From contig JAMLHL010000005.1 of assembly GCA_023957125.1 (NCBI GenBank), positions 61 to 64,060 on the forward strand: DNA of 64,000 nt, read 5' to 3'. The stretch comes from Chitinophagaceae bacterium. Lineage in GTDB: Bacteria; Bacteroidota; Bacteroidia; Chitinophagales; Chitinophagaceae. The notes beneath the pieces are model-generated. The model made no database searches and had not been told where the DNA came from. It saw nothing but the letters and a program-made list of their open reading frames with translations. The position numbers and the translations under genes were made by a program. Below, one piece after another: positions 56,339 through 64,000 of this stretch; the stretch's first letter is position 1, and the number at the start of each line of letters is the position of its first letter.

Positions 56339-57193
56339 ATGAAAAAGCTAATCACGGCTACTTTATTTGTAAGTCTTTTTTTCTGTGCTGACGCCCAGAT
56401 AGTGGATGGAGAAGTGCAGGAGGGAGAGTTGGGGGTTACGATCGGCGCCGCGCATTATTTTGGCGATTTAAATACCAATGCGGCCCTTAACCGTCCCAAA
56501 CCGGCACTCGGTCTTTTTGTAAGAAAACAATTCGGAGAATATATCGCCCTTCGGTTGGGGGGGCATTTTGCACAGCTTGGTTATTCTGATGTTTACAGTA
56601 AAAATGATTTTCAACAAAGGAGAAATCTCAGTTTCAACAGCAATATCTGGGAAGCCACTTTACAGGGAGATTTCAACTTCATGCGATTTGTACCGGGAGT
56701 GCCGGAGTTGGCCTTCACGCCCTATGTAACCCTGGGGATAGGGGTTTTTAATTATGATCCTTACGCTTATTTAAAGGGGAAGAAGTATGCGTTGCGGCCT
56801 TTGGGTACCGAAGGGCAGGGCTCAGCGTTGTATCCGGACCGTAAGCCTTACGGCGCCGTTGCTTTCTGTCTTCCGTTGGGCATGGGTGTAAAGTATAACA
56901 TCAATCCCAATCTCAATTTTTCTTTTGAAGTTGCCTATCGTTTTACTTCTACGGATTACCTCGATGATGTAAGTTCTTATTATGCCCCTGACGCTTTTGC
57001 GGCTACGAATCCCTCCGGATCAGCCACCGCGTGGTATTTATTGCAGGACCGCTCCAATGAAACAGGAGACGGGATCAGGATCGGCACAAAGGGACGCCAG
57101 CGGGGATTTCGTAATCAAAGAGATTCCTACGTGATAGCGGAAGTGGGTCTCGCTTTTATACTTAGCTCCTACAAATGCCCTACCGCAAAATAA
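56339..57193 (+). CDS. outer-membrane beta-barrel protein (DUF6089-like)
   Basis: Signal peptide, alternating beta-strand pattern and an aromatic C-terminal region. The family assignment is from memory only. Confidence 0.55.
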   Translation: MKKLITATLFVSLFFCADAQIVDGEVQEGELGVTIGAAHYFGDLNTNAALNRPKPALGLFVRKQFGEYIALRLGGHFAQLGYSDVYSKNDFQQRRNLSFNSNIWEATLQGDFNFMRFVPGVPELAFTPYVTLGIGVFNYDPYAYLKGKKYALRPLGTEGQGSALYPDRKPYGAVAFCLPLGMGVKYNINPNLNFSFEVAYRFTSTDYLDDVSSYYAPDAFAATNPSGSATAWYLLQDRSNETGDGIRIGTKGRQRGFRNQRDSYVIAEVGLAFILSSYKCPTAK

Positions 57194-57214
57194 AGCCGGT
57201 TTTCAGGATCAGGT

Positions 57215-59446
57215 ATGAATTATGTTAATGAGTTCACGAAGTTCATTACGGGTCAGTACCTGACCAAGGGCCTCCGCGTTACCGTGGGAGCCGTCGTACC
57301 TGCCATGGTACTATACCAATTGGGCTATCTTTCTGTGGGTATCGCACTGCCTTTGGGTGCTCTGATGGTTAGCTTAACCGACTCCCCCGGACCCATTCAC
57401 CATCGGCGCAACGGGATGGCGGCCAGCAATATCCTTAATTTCTTAGTAGCTGTTATCATCGGATTCACCCGTAATTATCCCTGGCTGCTGGCAATTGAGC
57501 TCACCCTGCTTTGCTTTATATTGACCTTTATCGGCGTCTACGGCAGCCGGATGAATGCTATCGGGCTTATCGCCATCATTGTAATAATACTGAACATTGA
57601 CGTACGTCATACCCAGGATCGTGTGATCAATGATGCCCTGTTTATGCTGGCAGGCGGAACCTGGTATATGCTGCTGAGTTTATTGCTGTATTCGTTACGT
57701 CCCTACCGTTTGGTGCAGCAGGCATTGGGAGAAAGTATCATCCTGACCGCTTCCTATCTTAAAACAAAATCAAAGCTATATAAAACGGGCGTTGTTGTGG
57801 ATCAGGTATATGAAGAGTTGCTCCCGCTCCAGATCGGTATCCATCACCAACAGGAAGAACTGAGAGAGCTGTTGTTCAAGACAAGGAGCTTTGTGCGGGA
57901 ATCAACAGGGAGAAGCCGTATTCTGATGGTGATGTTCATAGATTCGGTTGACCTGTTTGAACAGGTAATGACATCACAGCAGGATTACAGGGCGCTTCAC
58001 GATTGTTTCAAAGACGGGAAAATGATGGAAGCTTTCCGCCATCTTATTTTAGAAGTTGCCAATGAACTGGAGAAAACCGGGTTGGTTATTCAAAGTGGCT
58101 TTCCTCCCCGGGTCACCAGCAGGGTGGGAGACGCTATCAAGGAAGCCGAGGCCGGATTTGTTGCATATAGAAGTGATCATTTGGGGCCGGCAACGATTGA
58201 CTGTTTCATCAGCCTTCGGCATATCCTGAATTCGATCAAGGACGTTGCCGAACATCTCAGGCGCCTGCAAACCTATGCCTCATATAGCAGTGAGCCTGGT
58301 AGTCCTTCAACCGGGGAGGTAGATACGAACCGGTTTGTTTCACACCAGGAAATGCAACTAAAGCTGCTGGCTGAAAATTTTTCGCTTCGTTCCAATATCT
58401 TCCGTCATTCGCTTCGCATAAGCATCTGTGTGCTGGCAGGGTATATGATAGCGCAATTTCTTCCCTTCGGGCACAGTTACTGGATTTTATTAACTATCGT
58501 AACCATACTCAAACCGGCTTACAGCATCAGTAAACGGAGAAATATAGAGCGCTTGTCGGGCACGGTGGCAGGCGCCATAGCGGGTTTTATTTTATTGTAT
58601 TTCGTAGCGGACGATGCGGTTCTTTTTGTGTTTATGGTGCTTACCATGATCATCGGGTATAGTTTTTTGCAGATCCGTTATGTTGTCAGCGTGGTGGCGA
58701 TAACCATGTATGTATTGCTTTTCCTGCATTTTTTGCACCCAACGGAGTTCGGAAACATAGCAAAAGACCGGGTAATAGATACCGCTATCGGGTCTGCCAT
58801 TTCTTTTTTTGCCGCCTTGTTTTTTCTGCCTAAATGGGAAAAAGACCAGGTGCATGAATACCTGCTGAAAATGCTTACTGCCAACCTGGATTATTTCAGC
58901 ACCGTGGCACAGGCGTTCTATACGGCGGCGCCCAAAATAGGGGATTATAAGTTTAGGAGAAAAGAAGCCTATGTGGCGTTGGCAAACCTCTCCGATGTTT
59001 TTCAGCGTCTTTTATCGGAACCGGGAAGAACAGCGCAACTGCAGTTGCTTCACCGTTTCGTGGTCAGCAGCCATGTGCTTACGTCGCATATCGCTACCCT
59101 CGGCACCTATTCGCAGTCTCTGGCTCCGAGATACCATTCAGATGCCTTCAAGCCGGTAACCGACAGTGTTGTTTTTGAAATGCAGAAGGGGGTATCCCTG
59201 TATTCCGGCGAAGCGCAGACCGCCACGGTTAGCAGTGACAAGGGGTTTTCCCGGATCAGGGCCGAGATACAGCATTTGTTGACCCAACGGATCGCAGATT
59301 TAAACGCGGAACATGAAAGCCCGGACGTGAGAAAGCACCTGTCGGCCTTTAAAACCATAACCGTGCAATTTGAATTGATTTATGGATTAACTTTAGACAT
59401 CAACAAAATGCTGCGGAAAATGCGTGGCGGGAATTCTGTGGCCTAA
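57215..59446 (+). CDS. FUSC-family (YccS/YhfK-like) membrane protein
   Basis: 743 aa with two hydrophobic blocks separated and followed by long soluble helical regions, as in the FUSC family. Confidence 0.7.
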   Translation: MNYVNEFTKFITGQYLTKGLRVTVGAVVPAMVLYQLGYLSVGIALPLGALMVSLTDSPGPIHHRRNGMAASNILNFLVAVIIGFTRNYPWLLAIELTLLCFILTFIGVYGSRMNAIGLIAIIVIILNIDVRHTQDRVINDALFMLAGGTWYMLLSLLLYSLRPYRLVQQALGESIILTASYLKTKSKLYKTGVVVDQVYEELLPLQIGIHHQQEELRELLFKTRSFVRESTGRSRILMVMFIDSVDLFEQVMTSQQDYRALHDCFKDGKMMEAFRHLILEVANELEKTGLVIQSGFPPRVTSRVGDAIKEAEAGFVAYRSDHLGPATIDCFISLRHILNSIKDVAEHLRRLQTYASYSSEPGSPSTGEVDTNRFVSHQEMQLKLLAENFSLRSNIFRHSLRISICVLAGYMIAQFLPFGHSYWILLTIVTILKPAYSISKRRNIERLSGTVAGAIAGFILLYFVADDAVLFVFMVLTMIIGYSFLQIRYVVSVVAITMYVLLFLHFLHPTEFGNIAKDRVIDTAIGSAISFFAALFFLPKWEKDQVHEYLLKMLTANLDYFSTVAQAFYTAAPKIGDYKFRRKEAYVALANLSDVFQRLLSEPGRTAQLQLLHRFVVSSHVLTSHIATLGTYSQSLAPRYHSDAFKPVTDSVVFEMQKGVSLYSGEAQTATVSSDKGFSRIRAEIQHLLTQRIADLNAEHESPDVRKHLSAFKTITVQFELIYGLTLDINKMLRKMRGGNSVA

Positions 59447-59606
59447 GTCAGCGTCCGGGGGTTGATATTATCGTTTTACTCCTGCCCCCTTTGAGATCCC
59501 CCACCAGATTAATGTATGTCAAAACAATTTAAAAATATAAAGATAATTTGACGCCTTTGGCGTATTTTTAATGATGATAAACCAACTGGTTTTAAAGGAT
59601 TAAGCG

Positions 59607-59616
59607 GATAATTATC
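59607..59616. promoter_or_regulatory. perfect palindrome GATAATTATC (Fur-box-like), copy 3
   Basis: Seen directly, 62 nt upstream of the ATG at 59679. Confidence 0.45.
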
Positions 59617-59678
59617 GTCGGTTTGGGCGCTCTCCCCTGACTTTTTGTTAACAATATCTAAAAGCGAATCTCGTTTAT

Positions 59679-60455
59679 ATGAGGCTTAGAAATTTTGATC
59701 CGATGAAACTCCGTTCTGTACCCCAAAAATTGGGACTTGCGTTCCTTATCTTCACGCCTGTATTGATTTCAGGCATTATTAAAATTAACCGGACCCCCCC
59801 GGTTCTTCCTGCTGTTTCCTATTATATGCCGAACGATGTACATCATGAAACGGGAAAGGTATGGGTCAGCAAATTATACGACAGCATTCATTTACAGGAA
59901 TTGGGGTTGCAAAAGAAAGTGCTCGACCTGGCCATGAAAGGATTCAGCAGACTAATGGTAAAAGGCCGGCTTAATAAAGACAGTATCCTTACCATTGTTG
60001 ATTTTTCACAATCCTCCAGGGAAAAAAGAATGTATGTTATTGACCTGAAAAATATTGAGCTATTATACAACATCCGGGTAGCGCATGGGAGAAATTCCGG
60101 TTCGGAATTTGCCCGGAGTTTTTCCAATATTGCAGCCTCTCATAAAAGCAGTCTTGGTTTTTTTGTTACCCAGGGCACATACCGGGGAGGAAATGGATAT
60201 TCATTGCGTTTGCTTGGAATAGAAAAAAATATCAACGATAGGGCACTTAAGAGAAACATCGTGATCCATGGAGCGGATTATGTAGATGAGAATTTTTTAC
60301 TGGAAAAAGGAATGCTGGGAAGAAGTTATGGCTGCCCGGCTATCCCCACCCAAAATCACAAAGCGATTATTGACGCAATAAAGGAGGGTTCGTGCTTATT
60401 CATTTATTCTCCCAGTCCAAAATATTTGAATGCTTCCACGATTTTAAACGGTTAG
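59679..60455 (+). CDS. L,D-transpeptidase catalytic-domain family protein (YkuD_2-like)
   Basis: HGRNSG...SSLGFF...IVIHGADYV...GRSYGCPA includes the catalytic His/Cys pattern. The start could be the Met at 59703. Confidence 0.7.
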   Translation: MRLRNFDPMKLRSVPQKLGLAFLIFTPVLISGIIKINRTPPVLPAVSYYMPNDVHHETGKVWVSKLYDSIHLQELGLQKKVLDLAMKGFSRLMVKGRLNKDSILTIVDFSQSSREKRMYVIDLKNIELLYNIRVAHGRNSGSEFARSFSNIAASHKSSLGFFVTQGTYRGGNGYSLRLLGIEKNINDRALKRNIVIHGADYVDENFLLEKGMLGRSYGCPAIPTQNHKAIIDAIKEGSCLFIYSPSPKYLNASTILNG

Positions 60456-60483
60456 GTACAATAACAAGATGGTTAAGGTTGAA

Positions 60484-60517
60484 AGCCTGGTCTGCTACGG
60501 AGACCGGGCTATTTTTT
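60484..60517 (+). terminator. rho-independent terminator (AGCCTGGTCT-GCTACGG-AGACCGGGCT plus ATTTTTT)
   Basis: 10-bp stem with one G-U pair and a following T-run. It sits between convergent genes, and the T-run overlaps the response-regulator stop codon. Confidence 0.75.
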
Positions 60518-61205
60518 ATTCCAATACAAAACGGTAGCCAAAGCCCTTTACGGTGATGATTTCCAGCGCGGGGTCTTTTTTGAGGTAGCCCCTGAGTTTG
60601 GTGATATATACGTCGAGGGTGCGGGAATTGAAAAAAGAATCACTCCCCCACAATACATTCAGGATGTCTTTTCTGTCAATGATCCGTTCACGGTTTTCGT
60701 ATAATAATCTCAGCAGTTCGCTTTCCCTGAAAGAAAGTTTTTTTTCTTCGTTATTATGAGTAAGGGTTTGCCGGTGGGGATTGAAAAGATAGCCGCCCAT
60801 AACAATAGCGTCTTTCGGTTCGGCGGCATTTTGCTCGTTCCGGTAGCGGAGGGCATTTTCTATGCGTACGATTAATTCTTCCATACTGAACGGCTTCCTG
60901 ATATAATCGTTGGCCCCTTTGTGAAAACCTTTCACCAGGTCAGAGGTCTGGGTCTTTGCCGTTAAGAAAATAATGGGGATCGAAATATCGCTTTGCCGGA
61001 TTTCCCCGGCTATGGTAAAGCCGTCTTTATTGGGAAGCATAATATCCAGGATACAGATATCGGGCTTAACGTTGTGGAATTGTGTTATCACATCCGCACC
61101 GTCTGACTCCAGCACTACCTCATAGTCCCTGCTTTCGAGGCTTTCTTTTACAATTTTAGCCAGGAGCGTCTCATCTTCTACATATAGTATCTTAACTTTC
61201 TTCAT
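60516..61205 (-). CDS. OmpR/PhoB-family response regulator
   Basis: Receiver domain (KILYVEDE...ICILDIMLP) and a winged-helix C-terminal domain (LTHNNEEKKLSFRESELL...GFGYRF). The start is taken at MKKVKIL, overlapping the kinase end by 14 nt. Confidence 0.9.
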   Translation of the reverse strand: MKKVKILYVEDETLLAKIVKESLESRDYEVVLESDGADVITQFHNVKPDICILDIMLPNKDGFTIAGEIRQSDISIPIIFLTAKTQTSDLVKGFHKGANDYIRKPFSMEELIVRIENALRYRNEQNAAEPKDAIVMGGYLFNPHRQTLTHNNEEKKLSFRESELLRLLYENRERIIDRKDILNVLWGSDSFFNSRTLDVYITKLRGYLKKDPALEIITVKGFGYRFVLE

Positions 61206-62613
61206 GCGTACGGGGAAGTTTAATGATGAACTCGCTGCCGGCGCCGGGTTCACTGTGCAGGGAAATGGTCCCCCGGTGTTCATGAATGATATGAGCCACA
61301 TAGCTCAGCCCCAATCCATAGCCTTTAATATTGTGCCGGTTATCGGTAGGCACCCGGAAAAATTTCTCAAAGATCTTCTTTTTGTATTCCGGGGGAATAC
61401 CAATACCATTGTCTTTCATTTTGATGGTGCATTCTTCCGGATCGCAATGGATGTCAATATCAATTACCGGGTTCTCTTTACTGTATTTAAGGGCATTGTC
61501 CAAAAGATTATATAAAACACTGGTAATGTGCATTTGATCGGCCTCCAGGGTAAAAGTATTACCAACGCTGTTGAGTTGCACTTCTGCTTTGTGCTTTTCG
61601 AATTGCAGGGCCATGGAGCTCATCACTTCCTGCACCAGTTGCCGGATGTCAATAATTTCGTATTTAAGTTCTGTTTTCTGGTTCTCAAAGATGGAAAGTT
61701 TGAGTACTTTATCCACCAGCATAGATAACCGGTTCAGTTCGTTTTCCGCGATATCAAGATATTCTTTGGTTCGTTCGGGCCGTTGGATGACATTGAAGTT
61801 TTTAATGGCTTCAATGGCAACGCCTACCGTGGAGATCGGTGTTTTAAGCTCGTGCGTTATATTGCTGATAAAATCGTTCTTGATCTGAGTAAGCCGCTGC
61901 TGGAATCTCAGGTTTCTGAACAATACAAAAAACGCCGTTATGGTAAGGCCGATCAGGAAGAACGAAAAGATGATCTGGGGTAATATTTTTTCCAGCAGGT
62001 AATTGAATGTGTTGCCCAGCTCTACCTGGTAACTGATAGGGTGTGTAAATCCGATCGTTGCTTTGTTCCATCCCGGCCGCGTTGCTTCGGCTCGTTTTAC
62101 ATCCGGCTCCTCGGTTTTAATGATCGAAAAGGGAACATTGATATTTTCTTTTCTGAGGTTTTGGGTATAGGTATCGCGAATGTCGCGAACACGGAGCGAA
62201 TCCTGAAGCGAATCTATGGCAATCAGGAATTCAAAAAAACGTCCCCCGGCCCGGTATGTTCTGCGCAATAATGAATCATCTACCGTATTGGCCGGTCGTT
62301 CCACCGTGATAATAGAATTACGGGTGCTTTGAGTGGATTTCCCGTTCAAGGAATCGCTTATGCGTTGCCTGACCATGTCGGCAAACCTGGCAATATCGGG
62401 TGGCAGGCCGTATCGCAATCTGATCGTGCTGTCTAACCTCAGTTTTGAAGATTGCAGGTCGAAAACCGATTCACGAAAGATAATATTAGTGCGGAAGCGA
62501 AGAATCCTTTTTTCTTCATTCACCTTCATTACGATCCAGTAAATTTGGAATGCGGCAACTAGTAAAATAGCAGCCACCATCAAACCAACTGACGTATAGA
62601 ATTTCCGGCTCAT
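61192..62613 (-). CDS. sensor histidine kinase
   Basis: Two TM segments, an H-box (FISNITHELKTP), an N-box (LLDNALKY) and G-boxes (DNGIGI, GYGLGL). Confidence 0.9.
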   Translation of the reverse strand: MSRKFYTSVGLMVAAILLVAAFQIYWIVMKVNEEKRILRFRTNIIFRESVFDLQSSKLRLDSTIRLRYGLPPDIARFADMVRQRISDSLNGKSTQSTRNSIITVERPANTVDDSLLRRTYRAGGRFFEFLIAIDSLQDSLRVRDIRDTYTQNLRKENINVPFSIIKTEEPDVKRAEATRPGWNKATIGFTHPISYQVELGNTFNYLLEKILPQIIFSFFLIGLTITAFFVLFRNLRFQQRLTQIKNDFISNITHELKTPISTVGVAIEAIKNFNVIQRPERTKEYLDIAENELNRLSMLVDKVLKLSIFENQKTELKYEIIDIRQLVQEVMSSMALQFEKHKAEVQLNSVGNTFTLEADQMHITSVLYNLLDNALKYSKENPVIDIDIHCDPEECTIKMKDNGIGIPPEYKKKIFEKFFRVPTDNRHNIKGYGLGLSYVAHIIHEHRGTISLHSEPGAGSEFIIKLPRTHEES

Positions 62614-62980
62614 TGATCAGTAAAAATAGGTTTTACCTGTTTTCAGAAGAAGTTGTATTAACCATAATTAACATTGTTGCACCTGCTGCATACTAAAATA
62701 CGAACAGTTACGTTTATCCTACACTTACGATATCCAAACTAATAAATTAATGCCAGATGAATTCTATTTCCTCCAGAAAAACAATCAGTCTCAATAAGCT
62801 GGTATTCACTTTTTTACATAAAATCTTCCAGCGGCCGGATTTTTATCCGATCAAATATTATCACAAAAGAAGACGGGAGAAAATGGAGTTGGGAGAACTG
62901 TGATCCCGAAGCCGGATTCTTATGTCCGGTAAAGAAGGCTGACGCCCGGGCAAAAAGAATTACCCGTCCGCAGGCTCTTA

Positions 62981-64000
62981 TCAACTAAACAAATATTCCA
63001 CATCCTCTCTCGTGAGGCTCTTTACAAAGGCGGTGTCGTCTGCAATCAGGTCTTTTGCCAGGGAACGCTTTTTTTCCTGTAGCTGTAGTATTTTGTCTTC
63101 AATGGTGTCCTTACAGATCATGCGGTAGGCAAAGATGTTTTTGGTTTGCCCGATACGGTGCGTACGGTCTATGGCCTGCTGTTCTACTGCAGGATTCCAC
63201 CAGGGATCCACAATATAAACGTAGTCGGCTGCCGTGAGGTTCAGACCCACGCCACCCGCTTTTAAAGAGATCAGAAATACGCGGCAGGATTCGTTATTTT
63301 GGAAATGGTTGATGGCTTTTTCCCTGTCCTGCGCCGAAGTGCTGCCATCGAAATATTCAAACGGCACATCCAGCGATCTGAGTTTTTCTTTGATCAATGC
63401 CAGCATGCCCAGGAATTGAGAAAAGATAAGCGCTTTATGGTTGCCGATATTTTCGGTTATCTCCCTGGCGATCTCCTCCAGTTTTATAGAATGATTGGGA
63501 TATTTCTCCGGTTCATTCATGATAAAGGGGGAATCGCATATCTGGCGCAGTTTCATCAACCCCTGCAAGATCGTCAATTGCGATTTTTGTATGCCCTGTT
63601 CATTGATCACTCCCAGGATTTTGTTCCGATAGTCCATACGAAAGGCTTCGTAGATATCCCGTTGTTCGGTTTGCATTTCGCAAAACAGGATGGTTTCGGT
63701 TTTCTCAGGCAGGTCTTTTGCAACCTGCTCTTTGGTTCGGCGGAGTATAAAGGGATACAATAATTTTCTCAAATGTTCTTTCCTGTCCTGTTCCCCGAAT
63801 TTATCTATCGGGGTGGCAAATTCATTGCGAAAATATTCCACGCTGCCCAGCATCCCCGGGTTTAAAAAGTTCATTTGGGCGTAGATGTCAAAGGTGTTGT
63901 TCTGTAAAGGCGTACCGCTCAGGCAAAGCCGGTTTTTCGCGGTCAGCAGGCAGGCGGCTTTGGTTACCTTGCTCTGTGGGTTTTTAATGGCCTGTGATTC
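62981..64000 (-). CDS. SNF2-family helicase, C-terminal part (continues beyond right edge)
   Basis: Manual extension upstream of the track ORF reads ...RLCLSGTPLQNNTFDIYAQMNFLNPGMLG (SNF2 motif III). Downstream motifs are LISLKAGGVGLNLT and QAIDRTHRIGQ. Confidence 0.85.
   Translation of the reverse strand, partial: ESQAIKNPQSKVTKAACLLTAKNRLCLSGTPLQNNTFDIYAQMNFLNPGMLGSVEYFRNEFATPIDKFGEQDRKEHLRKLLYPFILRRTKEQVAKDLPEKTETILFCEMQTEQRDIYEAFRMDYRNKILGVINEQGIQKSQLTILQGLMKLRQICDSPFIMNEPEKYPNHSIKLEEIAREITENIGNHKALIFSQFLGMLALIKEKLRSLDVPFEYFDGSTSAQDREKAINHFQNNESCRVFLISLKAGGVGLNLTAADYVYIVDPWWNPAVEQQAIDRTHRIGQTKNIFAYRMICKDTIEDKILQLQEKKRSLAKDLIADDTAFVKSLTREDVEYLFS

Noticed and set aside
62981-64000. SNF2 helicase as part of a defence system
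   Set aside because: Only the C-terminal helicase half is visible and the partner genes lie outside the window. Nothing in the visible flank (a two-component system) supports a defence context.

Overview
This 64 kb window is a chromosomal segment from a Bacteroidota genome. The phylum call rests on gene content and signals: a PorX-type T9SS regulator, a fused LpxC-FabZ gene, GxxExxY genes, and many TAnnTTTG -7 promoter boxes. The genus cannot be determined from the sequence alone. Positions 1-7.5 kb look accessory. They hold a minus-strand type I restriction-modification operon (XRE regulator, hsdR split by a frameshift, hsdM, hsdS running off the left edge). Four non-R-M cargo genes are interleaved with it: two GxxExxY PD-(D/E)XK-fold genes, an 80-aa rhuM stub and dinD. 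A ~17-nt motif recurs at the cassette junctions. The island abuts a tRNA-Arg(CCG) flanked by degenerate partial copies of itself, as expected at a tRNA integration hotspot. The rest (8.3-64 kb) is mostly core. It includes marC, gcvH and a TetR/TolC/HlyD/MFS efflux operon. It also includes porX, the lipid A cluster (lpxD, lpxC-fabZ, lpxA), tsaE, a heavy-metal P-type ATPase, carB and serS. Further along are the mreBCD-mrdA-rodA operon, purD, three transporters (POT, OPT, GntP-like), radA, comF, gpx and a two-component system. A partial SNF2 helicase runs off the right edge. No rRNA genes, CRISPR arrays, transposases or integrases are visible. The most interesting non-genic signals are as follows. 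(a) The junction motif flanking the GxxExxY cassettes. (b) Three perfect copies of the palindrome GATAATTATC, all in intergenic DNA and Fur-box-like. (c) A multi-hairpin GC-rich element with mutually exclusive helices upstream of the OPT transporter. (d) Several orphan promoter/terminator pairs that suggest unannotated small transcripts. All calls come from manual reading and recalled family signatures. No searches or folding calculations were run.
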